Shown here one piece after another: positions 1 through 8,249 of a stretch of DNA of 64,000 bases. Under the pieces are notes generated by a model. That model ran no database searches. It saw nothing but the letters and a program-made list of their open reading frames with translations, and had not been told where the DNA came from. This stretch comes from a virus: IMG/VR virus record IMGVR_UViG_3300037963_003542. One strand, 5' to 3'. Each line of letters opens with the position of its first letter. Positions within the stretch are counted from its first letter, which is position 1. Made by a program: the position numbers and the translations under genes.

Positions 1-283
1 CATTGCTTAATGGCCAGTCATTTTTAATATCTATGATTTTGTTGGTTAATAGAATAACCCAATCATAGTTAGGATCATTATAAACTGCATCAGAAACTTG
101 ATCTGGTCTGATGCCATCTTTCACTTGCAGTTCTGTGAATAAATCTGTTGCATATGCAGAGTTATCCAAACTAAGTTTTCTGAAGATGTTTGTAGCAAGT
201 ACAAAATCTTGGTTAGTAAACTGGAACTGAGTTCTAGTTGGAGTATATTCTATTTTTGGTAGATATGAGAAAAATGATGCCAT
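1..283 (-). CDS. gp53: baseplate wedge subunit gp53 (N-terminal part; runs off the window)
   Basis: Not in ORF track. Manual translation from ATG at 283: MASFFSYLPKIEY...VKDGIRPDQVSDAVYNDPNYDWVILLTNKIIDIKNDWPLS, the typical gp53 RPD..S..Y.DP.YDWVILL.N motif. Follows gp48. Confidence 0.85.
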   Translation of the reverse strand, partial: MASFFSYLPKIEYTPTRTQFQFTNQDFVLATNIFRKLSLDNSAYATDLFTELQVKDGIRPDQVSDAVYNDPNYDWVILLTNKIIDIKNDWPLSN

Positions 284-285
284 GG

Positions 286-1317
286 TTACTTAGATTGAAT
301 GTTGGGTCTCATCCCGAATAAGAGATCTCCATATAGATTTGTCACTTCAGTAAGTTGCATGGTGATTGTAACTCCAACAGTGGTTGCTTTTCCAGTAGCA
401 CCAAAATCACCAACAGTTGTGTAATTTCCTGTGGGTGTGAAATCAAAATCAATTTGATTAATTGCTGCTGGCAAGAGTGGTTGGATGAACGGGTGTTCTT
501 TTGCACCTCTCATATAGGTCAATAGTACAAAAGGTGGTTGTGTAATAAATCTACTTTTGTCATCAAAAAGGGTTGACCCAACTTGTGTTCCTAATGTAGC
601 TAATCCAGCAGATGTCCCAGCGTTGTTGAGTATAGTTTGAACTGCACCTTGCCAACCTCCAGGTCCTGTACCTCCCAGAGCACCGCTGATGGTTTGCGAT
701 GTAAGAGAACCAGCAGTATTAGCTACTCCTTCAACTGTTGCTGTTTGGGCAGCATCATAAAAAGTATTTTGCAATGCTTTTGTATTTAATGGTTTAGTAG
801 TTGTAGAAGGCAAACTTGCTTTTCTGAGCGTATCTACAATATTATAAATTGCCGTTGCATCCTCTTTAGATTTAGTAAAAAGATTAAATCTAAAGTTAAA
901 TCTTCTGAAGTCGGGACCTTCATAAAGAACTTCAAGGTTTGGGTTGAATACAACACCAGTAGTTGCTGAAAGTAATCCAGCAGCAGATAATCCACTCGCC
1001 CCTAATTTATTTGAAAGTTCTACTGCTTTATTAAGACCAAAATTTTCAAGTAATCTTCTTACAGAGTCTGTTGCTGCTTGCGTTTCTGTACCTCTATTCC
1101 CTAAGAATCTTCCTAATTCACCCAGTTCAGTGTTGGAAAAATTCTGTGACATTGCCTCAGTTACTTTTTGAGGAATGTTGATTACAATTGGATCTAGATA
1201 ATCTTTTATATACTCTACTTTATTTGAGTCATATTTTCTTCTGATAAACTCCATTTTCAAATAATCCACTGATGGATCACTTGCCCCAAAATCTGCTGGA
1301 TATCTTAATACTGACAT
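286..1317 (-). CDS. gp48: baseplate tail tube cap gp48-like
   Basis: LRYP N-terminus, NPNLEVLYEGPDFRRFNFRFNL motif, C-terminal LPAAINQIDFDFTP...MQLTEV; gp53-gp48-gp2-gp4 synteny. Confidence 0.8.
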   Translation of the reverse strand: MSVLRYPADFGASDPSVDYLKMEFIRRKYDSNKVEYIKDYLDPIVINIPQKVTEAMSQNFSNTELGELGRFLGNRGTETQAATDSVRRLLENFGLNKAVELSNKLGASGLSAAGLLSATTGVVFNPNLEVLYEGPDFRRFNFRFNLFTKSKEDATAIYNIVDTLRKASLPSTTTKPLNTKALQNTFYDAAQTATVEGVANTAGSLTSQTISGALGGTGPGGWQGAVQTILNNAGTSAGLATLGTQVGSTLFDDKSRFITQPPFVLLTYMRGAKEHPFIQPLLPAAINQIDFDFTPTGNYTTVGDFGATGKATTVGVTITMQLTEVTNLYGDLLFGMRPNIQSK

Positions 1318-1772
1318 TAGTTTTCTATAAATCTATGAATGGGGAGGGTAGCGATAAATTCCCAATCTTCTTCTTGGACCTCAAAGAATAAATGATCTGC
1401 TTGTTTGAAGATGTATCGGTGAATAGTTTTTTCAATAATCCTTGCTTTTTTATTTAGGAGGGCAAGAGCATATGGACCTTTCTCTCTGTCACGCAGGTAG
1501 TGTATATTAGACCCCAAGAAATTATCTTTAGCACGATCAAAAGCATAAACTAGAGGATAGATGTCATATCTATCCATCTGTGCCTTAAATTTTGGGTCAT
1601 ATTCGTAATAATATAGTTTCTCGGGTTCTACTTCATCTGTGATGTTATCATAGAGGTATTCAAAGACTTCTCTGCGATACCATTCTCTACTTTTTTTCTG
1701 ACCACCAGATTGCTTTGTGATGTGGTTTTCTAGACCACCTATTGTTCTGGTATTTGCAAATCCCTTAGACAT
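1317..1772 (-). CDS. gp2: DNA end protector protein gp2-like
   Basis: LYYYEYDPKFK...YDIYPLV...FLGSNIHYL motif; position next to gp4. Confidence 0.75.
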   Translation of the reverse strand: MSKGFANTRTIGGLENHITKQSGGQKKSREWYRREVFEYLYDNITDEVEPEKLYYYEYDPKFKAQMDRYDIYPLVYAFDRAKDNFLGSNIHYLRDREKGPYALALLNKKARIIEKTIHRYIFKQADHLFFEVQEEDWEFIATLPIHRFIEN

Positions 1773-2199
1773 TTAAGTGCTCCTCTGTGAGTATGAGAAA
1801 TTCTAGTCTTCTATCTGCACACCACTCTCTCGCTGCTTCCCATTTCGCTTGATTGACGACATATGTAGAAACTTCATTCAAATAACGTGGTGTTTTACGT
1901 TTGGGTATTTTGGGTTGTAATGTTTGTTTCTTTGGTTTGACTTCAATTAAGTATTTTTTGATAGTATTGTTCTTATTTTGGATTTTGATGTAAAAATCAA
2001 CAAAGTATCGGTGAATCCTACCGTCTAGAGGAGAACGATAAGGAACAACGATTTCTTCACTACCCCATTCAAGCACATGATCATGGTCATCACACCATTT
2101 CATGAATTTAAGTTCCCATAATGATCTGTATATTACTAGTCTCGGATCACCTTTGTATTTTCTTGGATTCTTTGGTTGAAACTTGCCAGAATACGCCAT
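1765..2199 (-). CDS. gp4: head completion protein gp4 (TnsA-like endonuclease fold)
   Basis: MAYSGKF.PKNP.KYKGDP...YRSLWE.KFM.WCD...WGSEE...Y..P.D...HRYFVDF...EVKPK.QT. Confidence 0.93.
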   Translation of the reverse strand: MAYSGKFQPKNPRKYKGDPRLVIYRSLWELKFMKWCDDHDHVLEWGSEEIVVPYRSPLDGRIHRYFVDFYIKIQNKNNTIKKYLIEVKPKKQTLQPKIPKRKTPRYLNEVSTYVVNQAKWEAAREWCADRRLEFLILTEEHLNV

Positions 2200-2204
2200 A
2201 AATA
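2198..2204 (+). promoter_or_regulatory. T4-type late promoter (ATAAATA)
   Basis: ATAAATA 32 nt upstream of the likely ATG at 2236; resembles the T4 late consensus TATAAATA. Confidence 0.6.
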
Positions 2205-2223
2205 TAATTACAACAAGTACTTC

Positions 2224-2230
2224 TATTTAG
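2224..2230 (-). promoter_or_regulatory. late promoter variant (CTAAATA) for the gp4-gp2-gp48-gp53 operon
   Basis: TATTTAG on + reads CTAAATA on -, about 25 nt upstream of the gp4 ATG. Confidence 0.45.
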
Positions 2231-2235
2231 AGTTA

Positions 2236-2913
2236 ATGTCTATATCTAGACTAAGGGGGATATTCAATACTGACTTAGGTGGATCATATTCTAATGAGTA
2301 TGAGGTAAACTTCTCTTTTAATACTTCGCTTAATTCGGAGATCTTGAAAAGATTGAAGTATTATGGGTTTAATCCATCATCTACCAGTAGTGGTGCCTAT
2401 AGTGATATGATGTTCTTGTGCGATGAAGCATCATTGCCAGGAACTTTTGCTGCCACTAATGAGGTTGATGGTGTATATGCAGGTAGATTGATTCAGTATC
2501 CTCATGCTAAACTTTATAATGATATGCGTCTGAGTTTTATTCAGACCAATCAACTCAATCCATCAAAGTTCTTTGAAGCATGGATGGGTGGTATGTTCCC
2601 AGAGTATGGTATTGATGATGTTACTGAGATTCAACCAGCGGAAAGAAATAGAAGGAGACAAGTAAGTAATACTGTAGGACTTCGTTATTATAATGAGATG
2701 ACTTGTAATATGAGAGTACAGAAAACTTATAAAAATAATATTGATCCATCTGGAGAAAATTCATGCTATTATGATATGTTTAATGTATATCCTTATAGTA
2801 TTGAAAGTGTGCCATTGTCGTATGGTGCTAGCACACTAAATAAATTGAGAGTATCGTTCAGATACGAAAAACATGTTGTGATCTTCTACGATCAAAAAGG
2901 AGCAGAATTCTAA
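2236..2913 (+). CDS. tail tube initiator / tail tube-like protein (gp54/gp19 family)
   Basis: SNEYEVNF...FLCDEASLPG...YPHAKLYND..LSF...FFEAWM...NVYPYSIESVPLSYG...L.VSFRYE. Start moved to MSISRL (2236) because the track start overlaps gp4. Confidence 0.75.
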   Translation: MSISRLRGIFNTDLGGSYSNEYEVNFSFNTSLNSEILKRLKYYGFNPSSTSSGAYSDMMFLCDEASLPGTFAATNEVDGVYAGRLIQYPHAKLYNDMRLSFIQTNQLNPSKFFEAWMGGMFPEYGIDDVTEIQPAERNRRRQVSNTVGLRYYNEMTCNMRVQKTYKNNIDPSGENSCYYDMFNVYPYSIESVPLSYGASTLNKLRVSFRYEKHVVIFYDQKGAEF

Positions 2914-2927
2914 TTATTTTTTGAACT

Positions 2928-3641
2928 ATGTCATTACCTCAGATTAACACTCCCGTCCATGAATTGAAAATTCCATCTACAGGGAGAAAAGTAAAATATA
3001 GACCATTTGTAGTACGAGAAGAAAAAATTCTTCTCCTTGCATTGGAGTCTGAAGATCAAAACGAAGTCACCAATGCCATTACTCAGATCATTGGGAATTG
3101 TATTCAAACAAAGATTGATTTAGATAGTCTCTCTACATTTGATGTTGAGTATATCTTCCTCAATGTTCGTGCCAAGTCTGTTGGTGAAGTTCTTGAGTTT
3201 GCTATCACATGTCCTGATGATGGTGAGACACAAGCAGAAGTTGAGATCAATATTGATGATATTCAGGTAATCAAGGACAAGAGTCATACTGATACCATTG
3301 ACCTTGAGAATGGGTATTTTATTAAGATGAAATATCCTACAATGAAGTATATTATGGAAAAGAAACCTGATGACAAGAAAAGTCTTATTGATAGCACTTT
3401 TGAATATGCTGTTGAATGTATTGATACTATCTACAATGATGAGGAGACATGGGAAGCAGCAGATTCTACAAAGAAAGAACTTGAAGAGTTTGTTGAGCAG
3501 TTGAACTCTAAGCAGTATCAGAAACTGCAGGGGTTCTTTGCAACAATGCCTAAATTGTCTCATACAGTTAAGGTGACTAATCCTAAGACTGGTGTGAAGT
3601 CTGATGTTACAATTGAGGGACTGGCAAATTTTTTCGCCTAG
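2928..3641 (+). CDS. gp26: baseplate hub subunit / tail assembly chaperone gp26-like
   Basis: MSLPQINTP.HEL.IPSTG..VKYRPF.VREEKILLLA.ES...D.EYIFL.VRAKSVGE...C...IEGLANFFA. Confidence 0.9.
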   Translation: MSLPQINTPVHELKIPSTGRKVKYRPFVVREEKILLLALESEDQNEVTNAITQIIGNCIQTKIDLDSLSTFDVEYIFLNVRAKSVGEVLEFAITCPDDGETQAEVEINIDDIQVIKDKSHTDTIDLENGYFIKMKYPTMKYIMEKKPDDKKSLIDSTFEYAVECIDTIYNDEETWEAADSTKKELEEFVEQLNSKQYQKLQGFFATMPKLSHTVKVTNPKTGVKSDVTIEGLANFFA

Positions 3642-3668
3642 CGGTTTTCCAGAATAATCTGGAGAACT
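3626..3668 (+). promoter_or_regulatory. candidate programmed -1 frameshift signal (slippery site plus stimulatory hairpin)
   Basis: A AAT TTT TTC (3626-3635); spacer GCCTAGC; hairpin GGTTTTCCAGA-ATAA-TCTGGAGAACT (3643-3668), 11 bp with 2 G-U. Confidence 0.7.
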
Positions 3669-3817
3669 ATTATCGCCTAAATTTCAATCTCATGCAACAC
3701 CATAAATATAGCTTGACAGAGATTGAAAATATGATGCCGTGGGAGCGGGATGTTTATGTGAGTCTGTTAGTTGATTTTATTGAAAAAGAAAACGCACGCA
3801 GGGCCGCACAACAGTAA
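3626..3817 (+). CDS. gp51: gp51-like baseplate hub assembly peptide in the -1 frame of gp26 (first ATG only at 3692; probably reached by frameshift)
   Basis: Not in ORF track. The -1 frame reads KFFRLAVFQNNLENYYRLNFNLMQHHKYSLTEIENMMPWERDVYVSLLVDFIEKENARRAAQQ*, the cyanophage gp51 motif. Stop TAA 3815-3817 overlaps the next ATG. Confidence 0.8.
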   Translation, partial: KFFRLAVFQNNLENYYRLNFNLMQHHKYSLTEIENMMPWERDVYVSLLVDFIEKENARRAAQQ

Positions 3818-6222
3818 TGCCGATAAACCAGAGACCATCACCATCACCTCAAAATCCTGGACCTGGATCAGGCGGACCTGTACCTCAGAACCAGATGGTT
3901 CCTCAGGCTGCTGGTAATCCTCGTTATAAACCTGGAATAGGACCAGATCCTAATCCTAAGGTAGTAGTAAAGGCTGTCAATCCTCCTGTTACTCCTGATC
4001 AGGTAGTCTCTATGGCGGAGATTCCTGAGGCAGCAACTATTGAGTTGCCAAAAATTCAAAATATCAAGATTGCTCCTGTAAAGAATAAAACCATTCAGGG
4101 ACATCTAAAGGCGATTGAAGCAAAGATGGTCGCCACTGAGAAGTTGATGAAGGATATTGTCAAACTTCAGAAGGTACAGATTCATACTGAGAAAGAATTA
4201 TTTGAACGTAAGAGAGAGTTATATCAGAATACATTTGAAGAGTACTTATTAGATAAAACTATTGACTTTGAGGATCCTGAGAATCCTGATTGTACTTGTG
4301 TAAATTTACCAAAGAAAGGTGGACCAGGCGGTGGATTCCTTCCAAACCGAAACCGCCGCAATCGTGGTCGTAATAGACAACCATCAACAGCACCAGCACC
4401 ATCAACAGTACCATCAACAGCGAACAAACCTGCTAATGAACCAGCAACAGCTCCCGCACAACAACCCAACCTAGATCCAGGCAAAACACTACCTAGAAGA
4501 GAACAACCAGAAATACCTACTGGCACACCAGCATTTCCTTCTTTTAATCCACTTGATCTTTTGAAAATTATTCCATACCTTGTGCCTGGAATGGAACCAT
4601 CTACGCCATTGGGATTTAGTCGTGATCCTGGATTAGAAGAGTGGTTAAGAAAGGGTGAATTTGATCCCGTATCTCAGGCAGCTGCTCCTGCACTTTCACC
4701 AGAGGAAGCAAATAGACAACTTACTGAAGAAATTGAAGGTCAGCAAACTTCTTATAAACCATTTGAACCAGTTAAAGAGCAACCAGTATCACCAGATCCA
4801 GTTCCAGCAAATCCTCTACAAACAATGTTGGACGGATTTACTAATCCTAAATCATTAGCTGAAGTTACTGGTCTTCCCATCAGTGAAGATTTAGAATTCG
4901 CATTACAAACGGTCGTTGGTATGCAGGGTGGTAGCGCATTGCAAGTTGGTGCAGCAAAAGTACCTGCAATCGCAAACACTGTCAGAAGACTTGGTGTTCC
5001 ATTTGCTTCTAGAGTTCCTGGTCTCAAACGATTGTTTGGTTTGAGTGATGATGTTGCTGAGATTACTGTCAAGGCAGGTAAAGCAGGCACTGGTGCGGCA
5101 GATGATGTTGCTGCTACTACAACTACTGCTGTCCCTAAAACTAATGTTACTCCAGCAGCACGCTCTGTCCGTCGTACATCTTCGGGTGGTGAACGTTTGG
5201 GACGAAATGTTCGTCGTCAACGTGGAGGAAGAGGAAGAAGAGCTGATCGTGGTGCAGACAGGCGTATTCAGGAAGCACTGGATGATCCAGCGTTGCAGTC
5301 ATTGGATGATGCTCAGCGTCTCAGATCTCAAAATCCAGATTTACGATCCGCGCAAGAGGTAATGGATGATATTCCAATTCGCGTTCGTCCTGGTACAAAA
5401 CTTACCAAAGAAGAAATTGAACTTATTAATCAAGCGACTCGCCCAGGAACGAGTCAACAGGCTGCTAGGGGAATTCAGAAAAGATTGAATGTTCAGAATA
5501 AGTCAAACCCCGCAAATCAGGCGAGGGATACTGCTGCTAGAATGACAAAAAATAAAGCATCTGGTGGTATGGGTGATGTAGAATTGTTTAATAGTGACGC
5601 ATTGAATTATTTTAGAGGAATGTCAAGTAAAATTGTACCTATGGCAGATGGTGGTCTTGTCGGGTGGTGGAATAAAGGTAGGAACATGAGAGTTCCTTCT
5701 GAGAGTACTGCTAGTTGGAAAGACCTTATGGCAGATGATGCCAAACAGATTACTAGAACTAATAAAGCATTCAAGTCTGGTGCTACTGGTATTAAAGGAT
5801 GGAATCCTATCAAAGCATTTACACCTGAGATGGTAAGAACTGGTCCTACCCCTGCTGTTCGTCAGGCATTTGAAAGACCTGCCCGTACTGTTACACATCC
5901 ATTGATGATGGCATTAGAATTCATCATCAATGATTTGTTAATCAATCCAAGATCAACAGCAGTATATGATCAGGTTACTGGTCCTAATGCTTATTATAAT
6001 GATCCTGCTTATAAGGGTCCTATGCCATCACAGAATCTTGAGAATGCTCAAAGTAGCATGATGTCTGGCAACAATGATCAGAAACCTGAGGTTGTTCCCC
6101 TTCCGCCAGAATACATTAAGATTCCTGGTAAGAAGAACGCACCCAACTATGTTGGTACTGAATCACCTGATATTGAAATGAGAAGAAGTGTATTCACTAG
6201 ATCTTCATCACATATTGATTGA
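3817..6222 (+). CDS. putative tape-measure / baseplate hub-associated protein (Pro-rich, coiled-coil)
   Basis: 801 aa directly after gp26/gp51; coiled-coil segment IEAKMVATEKLMKDIVKLQK; ASGG and MADGGLVG motifs of the kind seen in tape-measure proteins. Assignment is positional. Confidence 0.45.
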   Translation: MPINQRPSPSPQNPGPGSGGPVPQNQMVPQAAGNPRYKPGIGPDPNPKVVVKAVNPPVTPDQVVSMAEIPEAATIELPKIQNIKIAPVKNKTIQGHLKAIEAKMVATEKLMKDIVKLQKVQIHTEKELFERKRELYQNTFEEYLLDKTIDFEDPENPDCTCVNLPKKGGPGGGFLPNRNRRNRGRNRQPSTAPAPSTVPSTANKPANEPATAPAQQPNLDPGKTLPRREQPEIPTGTPAFPSFNPLDLLKIIPYLVPGMEPSTPLGFSRDPGLEEWLRKGEFDPVSQAAAPALSPEEANRQLTEEIEGQQTSYKPFEPVKEQPVSPDPVPANPLQTMLDGFTNPKSLAEVTGLPISEDLEFALQTVVGMQGGSALQVGAAKVPAIANTVRRLGVPFASRVPGLKRLFGLSDDVAEITVKAGKAGTGAADDVAATTTTAVPKTNVTPAARSVRRTSSGGERLGRNVRRQRGGRGRRADRGADRRIQEALDDPALQSLDDAQRLRSQNPDLRSAQEVMDDIPIRVRPGTKLTKEEIELINQATRPGTSQQAARGIQKRLNVQNKSNPANQARDTAARMTKNKASGGMGDVELFNSDALNYFRGMSSKIVPMADGGLVGWWNKGRNMRVPSESTASWKDLMADDAKQITRTNKAFKSGATGIKGWNPIKAFTPEMVRTGPTPAVRQAFERPARTVTHPLMMALEFIINDLLINPRSTAVYDQVTGPNAYYNDPAYKGPMPSQNLENAQSSMMSGNNDQKPEVVPLPPEYIKIPGKKNAPNYVGTESPDIEMRRSVFTRSSSHID

Positions 6223-8249
6223 TGATTAAAGCAAAGACTAACATGATAGAACCAACTTCGGAGGCAGCAGAATCCGAAGTTTTTGTCGTAGCTGATAATA
6301 TCATACCTGTTCGTGTAGCATCTGTTGATACTATTCTCAATACAGAGTTTACTGAAGAAATGCAAGTTGTGCCTGAAAAACAGGTACAGCAACTTATTAT
6401 TGAGAATAAAACTACTAATCCATTGAGTGGATTCTTCGTCAGGATGGGTGGTTATCTTGACTCAATGGAGAACTTCCTCTCTGAAATGCATTCAAATTAT
6501 ATGAATGCGATTGAGCAGAAGAAATCATTATATCAAACTGAGGAGAGTGATCAAACACAGAGAACGAGTCGTTCAAAGAGAACTGCCAGAAAACTTTCTG
6601 ATGAAAGAAGATCTAATATGCCTAAACCTTTTGGTGACTTAGGTGATGACATTCTAGGTCTCATTGCTTTGAATGCTCTTGGTGGTGGTATAGATGATGC
6701 GATGAATATGGGTGGTGGTGAGATTCAGATAGTTCCTTATACACCAGTTGCAGGACAATTAGTTGCTAAGGGTAAAACTGATCCCACTCAAGGTGATAAG
6801 GGATATGTTAGTGGTTATCCTTTGACATCATTGTATGGATGGCGATGGGGTCGTATGCATGGTGGTGTTGATATTGGTGTACCAATCGGTACTAAATTTG
6901 CGTTGAAAGAAGATGCTGTAATTAAATTTGTTGGGTGGCAAGATCCTAACAATGCATACAAAGGTTATGGATTATTAGTTGATGCATGGGTTCCTAGTCT
7001 TAAGAAGATGTTCCGTTTTGGTCACCTTAGTAGTGTTGCGGTGAAGGAAGGTGAGACTATTAAGGCAGGAAGTGTTCTTGGTGCATCTGGTGATACTGGA
7101 TTATCTACTGGTCCACACTTCCATATTGAAGTTCATAGTCAGGTGACACGCACTTATGGTGGTGATGATCCTATGCCATATATTGACTATGTGATTGCTG
7201 GCGAAGAAGTTCAGCAGAGATCTGAAGGTTCTATTGAAAGAGTCGGTAGAGTCATGGTTGGTGAAGCTGGCACTGAATTCGTAGTTCCAATGAGTCAAAT
7301 GCCAATCTTCGCTGAACTTATGATGGAAGAGAAGATTAAGTCTCTAAATCCATATTATGTTTCTGATCATGGAGTTATTGATGATATTGGATTTGAGAGG
7401 AAATCTGGTTTTAGTCAGAATATGATGGCGTCTGGTGGCATTTCTGGTGCTATTCAATTTATCAAAAAACATGAAGGTCTTGGGGCATTTATTCCTGGTA
7501 CTGGTGGTGGAAATAGACTTGCTGATTATATTGGTGATGGTATGTCTACATCAGTGAAGGGAACTCCTAGATCAGTAGCATACAAATCTTCTACTGGATT
7601 ATATTCATATATTGATACCGAAGGTGTTCCTACTATTGGATATGGAACTACATTCTATGATGATATTTTTGGTGGTCAGCAACCAGTCAGAGATGGCGAC
7701 ACCAGCACAGTAGGTAAAATGGAATCTGTCATGAATAAGCATGTTAGACAGATTTATGATCAATATGATGAGTGGTATCCGTTATTCAAATACTTCAAAC
7801 CTAATCAGCAAGCAGGTATTATTTCATATCTCTATAATAGGGGACCTAATGCTATCGTAGGATATGGTCCTATGAGAAGAGCAATTAAGTCAGGTAATGT
7901 TCATGAACTTGCTCGCGAGATTGAGATTGATATTGCTAGTGTTGGACCCAAGAGAAGGAGAGAAGAAGCAGATTTACTTAGAACTGGTCCATCTAAGATT
8001 GTCGGACCTAAGATTGTCGGACCTAAAGAAGTTGGTCCTGGTAAAGTTGGATCTGGTATTCCTGGCGTTCCTGATTTGACTATTAAGAAGATGTTCCAGA
8101 GTTTTGGTAAACAATCTTCATTAAATACTATACCAGGCAATGAGCAAATGCGATTTGCTAGTGAGACACAAGAGCAATTCTCGTTTGACAATGTTAAAGG
8201 TGAGATCGTCGCACTCTATCAACCAACTGTCTATTATACTGAGACATGA
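6219..8249 (+). CDS. tail-associated protein with M23 peptidase and GH24-like lysozyme domains
   Basis: M23: WGRMHGGVDIG...GYG...FGHLS...G..G.STGPHFHIEV. Lysozyme: IKKHEG...Y.DTEGVPTIGYG...QQAGIISYLYNRG...RRREEA. Also VGEAGTEFVVP tape-measure-type motif. Confidence 0.8.
   Translation: MMIKAKTNMIEPTSEAAESEVFVVADNIIPVRVASVDTILNTEFTEEMQVVPEKQVQQLIIENKTTNPLSGFFVRMGGYLDSMENFLSEMHSNYMNAIEQKKSLYQTEESDQTQRTSRSKRTARKLSDERRSNMPKPFGDLGDDILGLIALNALGGGIDDAMNMGGGEIQIVPYTPVAGQLVAKGKTDPTQGDKGYVSGYPLTSLYGWRWGRMHGGVDIGVPIGTKFALKEDAVIKFVGWQDPNNAYKGYGLLVDAWVPSLKKMFRFGHLSSVAVKEGETIKAGSVLGASGDTGLSTGPHFHIEVHSQVTRTYGGDDPMPYIDYVIAGEEVQQRSEGSIERVGRVMVGEAGTEFVVPMSQMPIFAELMMEEKIKSLNPYYVSDHGVIDDIGFERKSGFSQNMMASGGISGAIQFIKKHEGLGAFIPGTGGGNRLADYIGDGMSTSVKGTPRSVAYKSSTGLYSYIDTEGVPTIGYGTTFYDDIFGGQQPVRDGDTSTVGKMESVMNKHVRQIYDQYDEWYPLFKYFKPNQQAGIISYLYNRGPNAIVGYGPMRRAIKSGNVHELAREIEIDIASVGPKRRREEADLLRTGPSKIVGPKIVGPKEVGPGKVGSGIPGVPDLTIKKMFQSFGKQSSLNTIPGNEQMRFASETQEQFSFDNVKGEIVALYQPTVYYTET
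7993..8034 (+). repeat. short 15-nt tandem repeat encoding KIVGP x2 (then KEVGP)
   Basis: TAAGATTGTCGGACC twice in tandem, plus a degenerate copy. Confidence 0.6.

Noticed and set aside
1765-2199. gp4 as a transposase or homing endonuclease
   Set aside because: The TnsA-like fold is the normal core T4 head-completion gene in conserved synteny; no terminal repeats or intron.
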